A model generated the notes under the pieces. The model made no database searches. It was not told where the DNA came from and worked only from the letters and a program-made list of their open reading frames with translations. Shown one piece after another: positions 50,051 to 58,442 of a stretch of 64,000 nucleotides of DNA. Both the position numbers and the translations under genes were made by a program. Source of the DNA: an uncultured Chloroflexia bacterium (GTDB taxonomy: Bacteria; Chloroflexota; Anaerolineae; Anaerolineales; UBA4823); contig CAVPNY010000019.1 in NCBI GenBank assembly GCA_963706905.1, positions 27,458 to 91,457 of the forward strand. Reading direction: 5' to 3'. Positions within the stretch are counted from its first letter, which is position 1. Each line of letters opens with the position of its first letter.

Positions 50051-51514
50051 TCAATTGTTGGGATGGAAGTGGGCGAGGCAGTCGGGGTTGGGCTGCGGGT
50101 TTCTGTGGAGGTTGGCGTCGAGGTGCTGGTGTCCGTTGGAGGGGCAGTCTGCGTGGGCGAAGGGGTGTTGGTGGGTGCGCCGGTTTCGGTTGGGGTAGGT
50201 GTATCTGGATCGGGGAAGAGTCGGCGTGGGTGTGCCAGTTAGAGTTGGGGTAGGCTCCAGTGTTTCAGTGGGGGTCTGGTTTGAAATCACCGGGAAATAC
50301 AGGTCATTACTTCTCTGTCCGCCCGTCACAGGCTGGAGCACCTTTGGGTCTAAGATCGGGCCTACTGGAACGATCACGCGCACCGCTCCGCTGGTGGCCT
50401 GGTCTGGAAGCGTAGTCTGGATGATGTGCAGTAAAGCTTGGGCAAAGTGATCTGACCGTTGAAAAGGATCTGGCTGTTGCTGTTCAGATTGGTTCCAAAA
50501 TGCGAACCGCTTATCGTAAGAATATCTCCCGGCAAGCCTATGGACGGAGAGAGGGCAGTAATTTGGGGTGCGGGCAGGCTGAACCAGTCTCGGATGAAAC
50601 TGGGCTACTTGAGCAGCGGTCAGCGGGTTGGCATTCAGATCATGCCCGATCTCCGGGAACCAGACCAGCTGAAAGGGTTTGTCATAATCGGTTAACGCGT
50701 CAGCCCAGGCCTGGGAAGCCGCGGGAGTCATAGTACCATCCTGCTGTCCGTGGAGCATCAGGAAAGGCGCCTGGATGGTTGCTGCCGCGGCTGCCCCGGA
50801 GGGGGTGAGCTCAGGATCGGTTAGAGCTAAACCGGAAGCGGTATAAGCCGCGGCCTGTATCCGCCCGCCGGCCTGTGCGGCGGCTTCAATCGTGACAAAC
50901 CCACCCATGCTGTTTCCGTAAAGATAAAGCCGGTCCTGATCGACGGCATCGCCGATCTGATCGATCAGGTCCTGGCTCTCCAGGATATCCAGGCAGCGCA
51001 TTGCCCGTTTGACATTTTCCGGACTGCCACCTTGAGGGCCGGTGCCGCCGATTCCATTTGCCGCATGGGTGTAGTTGGGAGCGATGCTGATGTAGTCTGA
51101 AAACCAGGTTTGAGCCTTGACCAGGGAAAATCCCTCTGCCAGGCCACCTTTGCCGTGACTGATCAGCACTGCCGGATAAGGACCGTCGCCTTCTGGTTTA
51201 TGAATGATGCCGGTCAGGGTGGTCTCCCAACCAGATTCAGTATAGGAAAAACGCCACAAGTCAAAACCGGGCAGCGCATACAGCGGGGTAAGCGTTAGCG
51301 TGCCTGGTAAAGCAGGCGTTAACGTCCCAATCAGGGTGGGTTCTACCGTAACGGCTGGCGTCTCGGTGATGTCAAGCGGGACAGCGGTAAGTGCGGTTGG
51401 AATAGAGACAAACAGATAGGCGAGGAGCAATCCAATTCCCAGCAGTGTGGATGCTCCTCGCCGGTACCAATCTGTGTGCCTGTTGCCCGTCATTTCATCG
51501 CCTCCAGTAAACAT
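50051..51514 (-). CDS. Multidomain exoprotein, fragment 1: signal/anchor, alpha/beta hydrolase (GNSMGG), IPT/TIG-like domain, Pro/Thr linker (several internal frameshifts)
   Basis: Hydrolase motifs AVLISHGKGG and LYLYGNSMGG. Between ~50598 and ~50446 the alternative frame reads IRDWFSLPAPQITALSPSIGLPGDILTISGSHFGTNLNSNSQILFNGQIT (IPT/TIG-like), whereas the listed frame is featureless. The tail after TPTPTLP is out of frame (G-run 50212-50215). Confidence 0.7.
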   Translation of the reverse strand: MFTGGDEMTGNRHTDWYRRGASTLLGIGLLLAYLFVSIPTALTAVPLDITETPAVTVEPTLIGTLTPALPGTLTLTPLYALPGFDLWRFSYTESGWETTLTGIIHKPEGDGPYPAVLISHGKGGLAEGFSLVKAQTWFSDYISIAPNYTHAANGIGGTGPQGGSPENVKRAMRCLDILESQDLIDQIGDAVDQDRLYLYGNSMGGFVTIEAAAQAGGRIQAAAYTASGLALTDPELTPSGAAAAATIQAPFLMLHGQQDGTMTPAASQAWADALTDYDKPFQLVWFPEIGHDLNANPLTAAQVAQFHPRLVQPARTPNYCPLSVHRLAGRYSYDKRFAFWNQSEQQQPDPFQRSDHFAQALLHIIQTTLPDQATSGAVRVIVPVGPILDPKVLQPVTGGQRSNDLYFPVISNQTPTETLEPTPTLTGTPTPTLPRSRYTYPNRNRRTHQHPFAHADCPSNGHQHLDANLHRNPQPNPDCLAHFHPNN

Positions 51515-51636
51515 TTCTCAGATCTGAGCAGGGCAATCGCCAGGCGGTCCCCCCACGTGCTGGGCATAACTGAGTGATATCAATGATAATCCAATCATTG
51601 TGTTACCTTTTATAATCATTAGCGATATGCTTAACG

Positions 51637-52227
51637 ATGGATAAAATGGCTCCAACCCGCATGAAAACTAGCCCGCCAGCAACCTACCTTGCCGTGGATG
51701 ACGAAGCCCGATTGGCGGATCGCATCTCCCAGGACCCGGCTGCCTTCGCCGAGCTATACCGGCGCTACGTGGATCGTGTCTACCGCTACCTGTACAGCCA
51801 CGTTGGAGATGCCGACGAAGCTGAGGACTTGACCGCTCAGGTATTCACCGCTGCCTGGGAAAGCCGCCAGCGCTACCACGAGCAGGGCGCCTTTGCTGCC
51901 TGGTTGTTCAGTATTGCCCGCCGCAAGATCGCCGATCATTTCCGTCACCGCCGCCTGCAGGTCTCACTGGAAGGCGAAGACCCGCCTCTAAGGGTGGATT
52001 GGGACCCCCTCAGCCAGCTTGTCCATACCGAATCCATGCAGCGGTTAACGCGCCTGGTGCACTGCCTGCAGCCCAGGGAGGTCGAGCTGCTGCGGTTGCG
52101 CTTTGCGGCTGATTTGAGCTATGCCGAGATCGGCGCTGCGCTGGGAAAGAGCGAGGCCGCGGTCAAGATGGCGATGCACCGGTTATTGGAGGAGTTGCAG
52201 GGAGAATGGGAGCGCAGTGATGAGTGA
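51637..52227 (+). CDS. ECF-type RNA polymerase sigma factor (sigma-70 family)
   Basis: Region 2 (FAELYRRYVDRVYRYLYSHVGDADEAEDLTAQVFTAAWE) and region 4 HTH (LSYAEIGAALGKSEAAVKMAMHRLLEEL). Confidence 0.9.
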   Translation: MDKMAPTRMKTSPPATYLAVDDEARLADRISQDPAAFAELYRRYVDRVYRYLYSHVGDADEAEDLTAQVFTAAWESRQRYHEQGAFAAWLFSIARRKIADHFRHRRLQVSLEGEDPPLRVDWDPLSQLVHTESMQRLTRLVHCLQPREVELLRLRFAADLSYAEIGAALGKSEAAVKMAMHRLLEELQGEWERSDE

Positions 52228-53533
52228 TCTGAAACCCTTAAATCAAGGTTCCCCACCAGATATCGAAGCCTCCCTGACGGAATTATTCCATGCCCCCGCC
52301 CCCGATGCTGTTTTTGTGGCGCGCTTTGAACAGAACTTATTAACCCGCGCTCGCCAGGAGAAGCAGACACCCTCCCTGCGGCAGCGTTTATCGGCGCTGT
52401 TCCCCTCGGCTGCCCGAGGATTGGCCTGGGGATTAGGCGCGCTGCTGCTTATCGCCGCGCTGGCCTGGGGCATCCGCAACCTGATCCCGGGAGTTCTACC
52501 CGCCGGGCAAGCCTCACTTACACCGGCTGATCTTGCCGTCCCGCCGGAAGAGCCCCCTGCGCCTTCCGGGCTGCTCATCGCAGGCAGCTTCTCTGGCCTC
52601 GCCAGCCCGGACGATCTGGTGACCTTCCACGTGACCACCTCAGAAGGCAGGGAGCCCGTCTCCGCATCCCAGCGCGGCAATGGCGCCTGGGAGGCAGAGC
52701 TGTCCAGTGCCCAGGATAGCGATAATTTCACAGTCACTGCCGAGGCGGTGGGCTATATCGTCAGCCCGGCCAGCTACGCGCTCACGATCCGGGGTGGGCA
52801 GGTCTATCTGCTGGACGGTGACCAGCCTGGCGCGCCAGCCACCAACCTCCATTTTGCATTCTTTTATCCGGCGGCGGAATTCCAGACGTATACCCACCCG
52901 GAAATTGGTTTCACATTCGAATATCCTGGGGATTGGACGCTGGAAGAAGCGCCGCATTACGTGTTTCTGCGCAAAGGGCCGTTCCGGCTCATGATCGCCT
53001 TCCGCCGTCCGGAGGAATCGCACCAGATCCAGCCCACCGGCCTGCCTTCCGGGGAGCTCCTCGAAGCTGGCTCGCTCCAATTCCTGGATCAGGAGATCAG
53101 CCGTACAAAGCTGGTCAGCGAGGAGCGGGTCAAAGAGGTGTTGTACAACGGTGCTCGGGAGATCCAGTTCAAGGATATTGCTTTCGTGCTGATGCTGGAT
53201 GCGGGACAGAACGATTACGCCGCCATCGACATTCCCCAGGAGGTTCAGGCCATCGCTGACCAGGTCCTGGCTTCCTTCTCCATGCCGGGTTTAGAGCCGC
53301 TGCCTGACATCCTCTCTGCCGAGGGGCTGGGCCGGGTGGCAACCATGCAAGATGGCGACATCTGGGTCAAATCCCTGCCGGACGGCGAATCAATCCGCCT
53401 GACATCGGACGGGGCAAACTATCATTCCGCTCTGGTCGCCTTCCGGTACGTGGCTGGCTTACCTCCACGGGGAAGGACAGGTGGTAAACCTGGTGCGCGC
53501 CGATGGGACCGGCGCCCACACTTTAGAACTTGA
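52220..53533 (+). CDS. Putative anti-sigma factor, fragment 1 (cytoplasmic N-terminus, one TM helix, extracytoplasmic domains)
   Basis: ATG 52220 overlaps the sigma-factor stop by 8 nt. TM helix GLAWGLGALLLIAALAWGI. The frame is lost near 53425 (…RLTSDGANYH / PLWSPSGTWLAYLHGEGQVVNLVRADGTG continues in the next fragment). The ORF-track start is 52121. Confidence 0.65.
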   Translation: MSDLKPLNQGSPPDIEASLTELFHAPAPDAVFVARFEQNLLTRARQEKQTPSLRQRLSALFPSAARGLAWGLGALLLIAALAWGIRNLIPGVLPAGQASLTPADLAVPPEEPPAPSGLLIAGSFSGLASPDDLVTFHVTTSEGREPVSASQRGNGAWEAELSSAQDSDNFTVTAEAVGYIVSPASYALTIRGGQVYLLDGDQPGAPATNLHFAFFYPAAEFQTYTHPEIGFTFEYPGDWTLEEAPHYVFLRKGPFRLMIAFRRPEESHQIQPTGLPSGELLEAGSLQFLDQEISRTKLVSEERVKEVLYNGAREIQFKDIAFVLMLDAGQNDYAAIDIPQEVQAIADQVLASFSMPGLEPLPDILSAEGLGRVATMQDGDIWVKSLPDGESIRLTSDGANYHSALVAFRYVAGLPPRGRTGGKPGARRWDRRPHFRT

Positions 53534-54296
53534 GCCGGTGGCCGAGTTCATCTGGTCGCCCATCGCTGATCGGCTGGCCTTCACGCTGGGCGGGGCGCGC
53601 CAGGGCGAGCTATGGGTGGTCAACGCCGATGGCACCGGGCTGATCAACCTGGTTCCACAGGATCCTGCTGAGAATGGTCAGATAGGGCGTGTGGGAGGCT
53701 TTCTGTGGCACTCGCTGGGCGGGGAATTGATATACGAGTGGCAGGTAGGCGCCCCGGATCAGCCCTTCACCTATCAGGGTCTGTGGGAGGTCAATTCTTT
53801 CATTGGAGAAGACCGGCGGGAGATCTATACCAGCGACGATGGCAGCCAAACTCTCCTGGCCGGCTGGCTGGCAGAGGGCAAGCTCCTGCTGGTCTGGAAA
53901 GGCTACCAGGGTTCCGCTTCTGCGATTGCCGATGGCGCGCCCCTGTGGCAACTGCCTTACGCCGTCGAGGGGCAGGCTGAGCCGATCGTCGAAATGCTCA
54001 CTTACCCGGACTACTTTTCGGCAGACCCGACCAACACCGGCCGGCTGGCGGCGATCAGCGGGACGGGCCGGGAGACCTGGGCGGATAAGGGCCTGTTCCT
54101 GTACGACTACGCCGCCGGGGAAGGGCGCAGCCTGACAGGTATCGACCAGGCGGCCGCCTTCCCGGCCTTCTCACCGGATGGTAGCCGCCTGGCTTATGTC
54201 GCCATGCCAAATCTGGAGGCCAGCCTGGGCGGCGAGGAGCTGCACCAGGCGCTGCTGGGGCGCGACCTGTGGTTGTTTGAGCTCGACGGCGGATAA
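53481..54296 (+). CDS. Putative anti-sigma factor, fragment 2 (TolB-like beta-propeller repeats)
   Basis: Repeats of the type WSP..D.LAF.......LW..N.DG.G...L (IWSPIADRLAFTLGGARQGELWVVNADGTGLINLV; FSPDGSRLAYVAMP...LWLFELDG). Confidence 0.7.
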   Translation: MVNLVRADGTGAHTLELEPVAEFIWSPIADRLAFTLGGARQGELWVVNADGTGLINLVPQDPAENGQIGRVGGFLWHSLGGELIYEWQVGAPDQPFTYQGLWEVNSFIGEDRREIYTSDDGSQTLLAGWLAEGKLLLVWKGYQGSASAIADGAPLWQLPYAVEGQAEPIVEMLTYPDYFSADPTNTGRLAAISGTGRETWADKGLFLYDYAAGEGRSLTGIDQAAAFPAFSPDGSRLAYVAMPNLEASLGGEELHQALLGRDLWLFELDGG

Positions 54297-54954
54297 CCCC
54301 GAAGATCCCGGGTCTGCCCGCCAGCTCACCCGCGACCCGGCTTACCGCGATGAGCGCCCTGAGTGGAGCGCGGATGGGACGCGTCTGCTCTTCCCACGTC
54401 TGGACACCATCGGTAGAGCCTCGCTGTGGATGGCTCCAGTGGAGGGCGGCGATCCTATCCCGGTTGTGGACTCATTCGCCTCTGGAATAAATTCGTTTGG
54501 CTACTACGGCTATATTGAATGGGTTGCTTTTTACGACTGGTGGCAGCCGTCGGCCGCCGCGCCGGATGAGTATCCGCCCCAGCCTGAACTGCCGGAAACG
54601 GTCGCCACGCCAGCCGCCGCCCTGGAACCCCCCACGGCGACCTTCAGCGAGCCGTTGGTTGGCTACAAATTTGAATATCCCCAGGGCTGGTATCTAAACA
54701 ACGTGACTGGCTCGACCGAGATCAGCTCCTCCGACCCGCATACCTGGGAGACCAAGGGCATGCTCCCGCCAGGCGACACCCAGGTGCTGTTCCAGAATGA
54801 TGCCGCTCTGAAAGGCTATTCCTTCACCGATGTGCGCGATGTGACCTTTGAGAAGATTGACATGGCTGGTGAAACCATCTTGCGGGAAGAAAATTGGGCA
54901 TTGCCGGGCGGGGATTCCCGCCGTGCGCTTGCAGGTCAGCGGCCCGAACGGTGA
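54178..54954 (+). CDS. Putative anti-sigma factor, fragment 3
   Basis: The real coding part begins ~54291 (DNPEDPGSARQLTRDPAYRDERPEWSADGTRLLFPRLD...ASLWMAPVEGG). It follows fragment 2 after a 1-nt shift in the GGCGG run. The frame is lost again at the G-run 54910-54913. Confidence 0.65.
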   Translation: MVAAWLMSPCQIWRPAWAARSCTRRCWGATCGCLSSTADNPEDPGSARQLTRDPAYRDERPEWSADGTRLLFPRLDTIGRASLWMAPVEGGDPIPVVDSFASGINSFGYYGYIEWVAFYDWWQPSAAAPDEYPPQPELPETVATPAAALEPPTATFSEPLVGYKFEYPQGWYLNNVTGSTEISSSDPHTWETKGMLPPGDTQVLFQNDAALKGYSFTDVRDVTFEKIDMAGETILREENWALPGGDSRRALAGQRPER

Positions 54955-55054
54955 GTATGCCGTGCTGGTCACCATTTTGGATGGGGAGCCACTGCAGGTC
55001 TACGGCTACGGCGACCTGGCTTTGTTCGACGCCATCATTACCACGCTGAGATAA
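54848..55054 (+). CDS. Putative anti-sigma factor, fragment 4 (C-terminal end)
   Basis: The real coding part begins ~54914 (IPAVRLQVSGPNGEYAVLVTILDGEPLQVYGYGDLALFDAIITTLR-stop). A strong terminator follows. Confidence 0.6.
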   Translation: MRRLTWLVKPSCGKKIGHCRAGIPAVRLQVSGPNGEYAVLVTILDGEPLQVYGYGDLALFDAIITTLR

Positions 55055-55057
55055 CGG

Positions 55058-55098
55058 ACTTCAGAAGATGGCGACCAAGGTTCGCCATCTTCTGAAGT
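55058..55098 (+). terminator. Strong hairpin terminator after the sigma/anti-sigma operon
   Basis: Perfect 17-bp stem ACTTCAGAAGATGGCGA / TCGCCATCTTCTGAAGT with a 7-nt loop, 4 nt after the stop. The trailing T-tract is weak (CTTCAAG). Confidence 0.6.
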
Positions 55099-55145
55099 CT
55101 TCAAGACTTAATTCCGGGTTTATCCGGTAAAATCATCCAAACCGG

Positions 55146-55715
55146 ATGGACCCCTATTCTTACCTCTCCGTTCTGACATCGATCGTCCTGGCACTGGGGA
55201 TCACCCGCATCCTGAGCGGGTTAGGCCGGCTGCTGCAGAAGCGCGGCCGGGTGCGCGTTTACTGGGTCCACTTGATGTGGGGGCTCAACTTATTCCTGTA
55301 TCTGACGCTCAACTGGTGGATCCTGTTCCGCTGGCAGGCTCAGCAACAGTGGACATTCTTCCTGTTCCTGTTCGTGCTGGTCAGCCCGACGATCGGTTTC
55401 CTGCTCTCGGTACTGCTCTTCCCGGATGAGATCGATGATGGCAGCGATCTCAAGCGACACTTTTACCGCAATCACCGCTCTTATTTCCTGCTGGCTGCGC
55501 TGCTTTTCCCGGTCGACGCCATCGACACCCTGCTCAAAGGCTGGCAGCATTTCCTCAAACAGGGCCCGGTATATTTCCTCACCCTGACCCTGTTATGCGC
55601 CCTGTGCCTGGTGGCAGCCTTTACAAAGAACGAGCGCTACCACGCCGTGTTTTCAGTCTTCTTTCTCTTCTATTTGCTTGCGTTTATCACCATCAACCTG
55701 CGGGTGCTGGCCTAG
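55146..55715 (+). CDS. Integral membrane protein, function unknown
   Basis: 189 aa with 5-6 TM helices (LSVLTSIVLALGITRIL, VHLMWGLNLFLYLTLNWWILF, FFLFLFVLVSPTIGFLLSVLLF, ...). Confidence 0.65.
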   Translation: MDPYSYLSVLTSIVLALGITRILSGLGRLLQKRGRVRVYWVHLMWGLNLFLYLTLNWWILFRWQAQQQWTFFLFLFVLVSPTIGFLLSVLLFPDEIDDGSDLKRHFYRNHRSYFLLAALLFPVDAIDTLLKGWQHFLKQGPVYFLTLTLLCALCLVAAFTKNERYHAVFSVFFLFYLLAFITINLRVLA

Positions 55716-55716
55716 A

Positions 55717-56403
55717 TCAAGGTCCCCTTTCAAACCCATCCAGTGTCAGCTCGTGCCCATTTTTATGGAACCAGGCCTGGCGGATCTTGTAATCGGGCAT
55801 CAGCTCCCTCAGCGCTGCCCAGTAAGCAGGGGAGTGGTTCCTGACTCGGGTGTGCGCCAGCTCGTGCAGCACCACATAATCGATCATCTCCAGCGGCGCC
55901 ATGACCAGCCGCCAGGTGAAGCTCAATGTGCCGGTGGTGCTGGATGAGCCCCAGCGGGTGCGCGCCCCGCTGATGCGGATTTTTTTGTAGTGAAAGCCAT
56001 GCTGCTTGGCGTACCAGACGACCCGCTCGGTGATCACCTGGCGGGCCTGTCCCCGATACCAGGCTTCAACCAGAGCGGCGGCGCGCGGCTGGGCGTCTCG
56101 CCTCAGGTGGAAGCCGGCGTTGAAGACCAGGGGCTTCGCCTGGCTTTCGACGATGCGCAACGAGTAAGCCTCCCCCAGAAATAAGAAGGTTTCCCCATCC
56201 ATAAACTGCCGGGGCTGATTTTGCGCTGCCATCTGCCGGGCGATAGCCTGTTTCTCACGGATCCAGGCCTCCTTTTCCTGCACAAAAGCCTCGATTAATA
56301 TCCGCGAGGCCTGGCGCGGGGCGCGCACGATCAGCCGCCCGTCGCGCTGGATGTACAGGCCGATGGTCTTGCGTTTGCTGCGAATGAGTTGATCAAATTT
56401 CAT
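55717..56403 (-). CDS. YgjP-like (DUF45/M48-related) zinc metallopeptidase-fold protein
   Basis: C-terminal HEXXH motif in the context IDYVVLHELAHTRVRNHSPAYWA, plus ISGARTRWGSSS. 228 aa. Confidence 0.8.
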   Translation of the reverse strand: MKFDQLIRSKRKTIGLYIQRDGRLIVRAPRQASRILIEAFVQEKEAWIREKQAIARQMAAQNQPRQFMDGETFLFLGEAYSLRIVESQAKPLVFNAGFHLRRDAQPRAAALVEAWYRGQARQVITERVVWYAKQHGFHYKKIRISGARTRWGSSSTTGTLSFTWRLVMAPLEMIDYVVLHELAHTRVRNHSPAYWAALRELMPDYKIRQAWFHKNGHELTLDGFERGP

Positions 56404-56485
56404 CGAAAGAGCTTACACTCCCAAAAAAGCATTACAATTGAAAGAGAATCCATTTTCAGGATAAATTCATCCAAGGTTACATCTT

Positions 56486-56746
56486 ATGCCAGAAATTAGC
56501 CGATTTTTCGGAATTGTGATTAAGATGTATTATAACGATCATTTTCCTCCCCATTTCCACGCAGAATATGGCGAGTATTTCCTCGAATTGGGCATCGACA
56601 CCTTTGAGATTTTACGCGGGGACATGCCACCGCGTGTGATGGGATTAGTGCTCGAATGGGCGGTTCTACATCGAGATGAGCTGCGAGCGAATTGGTCCCG
56701 AGCGAGATCTAAAGAGCCTTTACTCCCGATTGATCCATTGGTTTGA
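56486..56746 (+). CDS. DUF4160 family protein
   Basis: MPEISRFFGIVIKMYYNDHFPPHFHAEYGEYF is the characteristic DUF4160 N-terminus. 86 aa. Confidence 0.85.
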   Translation: MPEISRFFGIVIKMYYNDHFPPHFHAEYGEYFLELGIDTFEILRGDMPPRVMGLVLEWAVLHRDELRANWSRARSKEPLLPIDPLV

Positions 56747-56755
56747 GAGGTGTAT

Positions 56756-57008
56756 ATGAATAGAGTTGTCAATGTTCGCCCGGTGCAAAAATATCTACTA
56801 CGGCTAACCTTTTCAGACGGATTTCAGAAAGTCGTCGATCTGGCTCCTTTTATCGATGATGGATTGTCAGTTGCGTTAGCAGATGAAAAATACTTCCAAC
56901 TCGTGGATATCGAAAGCGGGGGTGGAATTCTACTGGCCAAACGGTTATGATTTTTGCCCAAACTTTCTGCGGGACGATGTGCCTGCAGTTAATCTCGTCA
57001 GCGCATAA
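56756..57008 (+). CDS. DUF2442 family protein (1-nt frameshift near 56930)
   Basis: MNRVVNVRPVQKYLLRLTFSDGFQKVVDLAPFID...FQLVDIESGGGI, after which the ORF track ends at 56950. Skipping C56930 gives YWPNGYDFCPNFLRDDVPAVNLVSA-stop at 57008. The ..I.WPNG.D..P..L ending is typical of DUF2442. Confidence 0.75.
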
Positions 57009-57019
57009 TTTTCATCTCG

Positions 57020-58354
57020 ATGTCCCACGCTTCCCATATTGCCTCCCAATTGAATATCCGTCCCGAGCAGGTCGCCGCGACCATCGAGCTGCTCGACGCT
57101 GGCAACACGCTGCCCTTCATCGCCCGCTACCGCAAGGAAGCCACCAGCGGGCTGGACGAGGAGCAGATCCGCCAGGCCAGCGCTATGCTGGAAAAGCTGC
57201 GCGCCCTCGACGAGCGCCGCCTCACTGTGCTCAAGTCGATCGAAGAGCAGGGCAAGCTGACCCCCGAGCTGGAGGGGCAGATCGCCGCCGCCGAGACCAT
57301 GACCGCCCTGGAGGACCTGTACGCGCCTTTCAAGCCCAAGCGCCGCACCCGCGCCAGCCTGGCCAGGGAGAAAGGCCTGCAAGGGTTAGCCGATTTGATC
57401 CTGCAGCAGCCGCTGACCAGCCAGCCGCTGGACGCAATCGCCCGCCCTTACCTGAGCGAGGCGGTGCCCACGCTGGAGGAGGCCTGGGCTGGGGCGCGCG
57501 ACATTGTCGCCGAGACGATCAGCGAAGCGGCCGAGGTGCGCGGTGCAACCCGGGAGAAAGCCCTGCACTGGGGCGTCCTGCACTGCGAGAAGATCGAAGA
57601 TGCCCAGGATGAGCGCCAGGTATACGCCCTGTATTACGCTTTTGAGTGCGGGGTAGAGCGGCTGCGACCCCACCAGATGCTGGCCATCGATCGCGGCGAG
57701 TCCGAGAAGGTGCTGCGCGTGCGTGTTGACATTGCCGAGCGTGATTGGCGCGGTGCGGTGCAGGCTGCTTTCCGCCCCGACCGGCGCTCCCCGCTGGCAG
57801 GTCAGCTCGAGCAGGCTATTCAGGACGCCGCCGAGCGCCTGCTGCTGCCAGCCATTGAGCGGGATGTGCGCCGCGAGCTGGCCGAAAAAGCCGAGGCGCA
57901 CGCCATCGGGGTGTTCGCCGCCAACCTGCGCGCGCTGCTCACCCTTCCGCCGCTGGCCGGGCATACTGTGCTGGGCCTCGACCCCGGCTTCCGCACCGGC
58001 TGTAAGGTGGCGGTGGTCGACCCCACTGGCAAGCTGCTCGATACAGCCACCATCTATCCGCACGAGCCGCAAAGGCAGCATGAGCCGGCTCTCAAAATTC
58101 TGGCGGCGCTGGTCGAAAAGCACGCCGTCACCCTGGTGACCATTGGCAACGGCACCGCCTCGCGCGAGACAGAAGCCCTGGTGGCCGAGCTGATCCGCGA
58201 GCGCACTCCCGCCCTGCAGTACCTGATCGTCAACGAGGCCGGGGCCAGCGTGTACTCGGCCAGCCCGCTGGCGCGCGCTCGAGCTGCCCACGCTGGATGT
58301 CTCGCTGCGCGGGGCGGTCTCGATTGCCCGCCGCGCCCAGGACCCGCTGGCTGA
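57020..58354 (+). CDS. tex: Tex-like transcription accessory protein, N-terminal fragment
   Basis: IASQLNIRPEQVAATIELLDAGNTLPFIARYRKEATSGLDEEQI is the Tex N-terminus, followed by a YqgF/RuvX-like domain (VLGLDPGFRTGCKVAVVD). The frame is lost near 58280 (…SPLARA / ELPTLDVSLRGAVSIARRAQDPLAELVKIDPKSIGVGLYQHDV). Confidence 0.85.
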   Translation: MSHASHIASQLNIRPEQVAATIELLDAGNTLPFIARYRKEATSGLDEEQIRQASAMLEKLRALDERRLTVLKSIEEQGKLTPELEGQIAAAETMTALEDLYAPFKPKRRTRASLAREKGLQGLADLILQQPLTSQPLDAIARPYLSEAVPTLEEAWAGARDIVAETISEAAEVRGATREKALHWGVLHCEKIEDAQDERQVYALYYAFECGVERLRPHQMLAIDRGESEKVLRVRVDIAERDWRGAVQAAFRPDRRSPLAGQLEQAIQDAAERLLLPAIERDVRRELAEKAEAHAIGVFAANLRALLTLPPLAGHTVLGLDPGFRTGCKVAVVDPTGKLLDTATIYPHEPQRQHEPALKILAALVEKHAVTLVTIGNGTASRETEALVAELIRERTPALQYLIVNEAGASVYSASPLARARAAHAGCLAARGGLDCPPRPGPAG

Positions 58355-58442
58355 GCTGGTCAAGATCGACCCCAAATCGATCGGCGTCGGCCTGTACCAG
58401 CACGACGTTGACCAGAAGCAGCTCTCAGCCGCCCTGGAGGGG

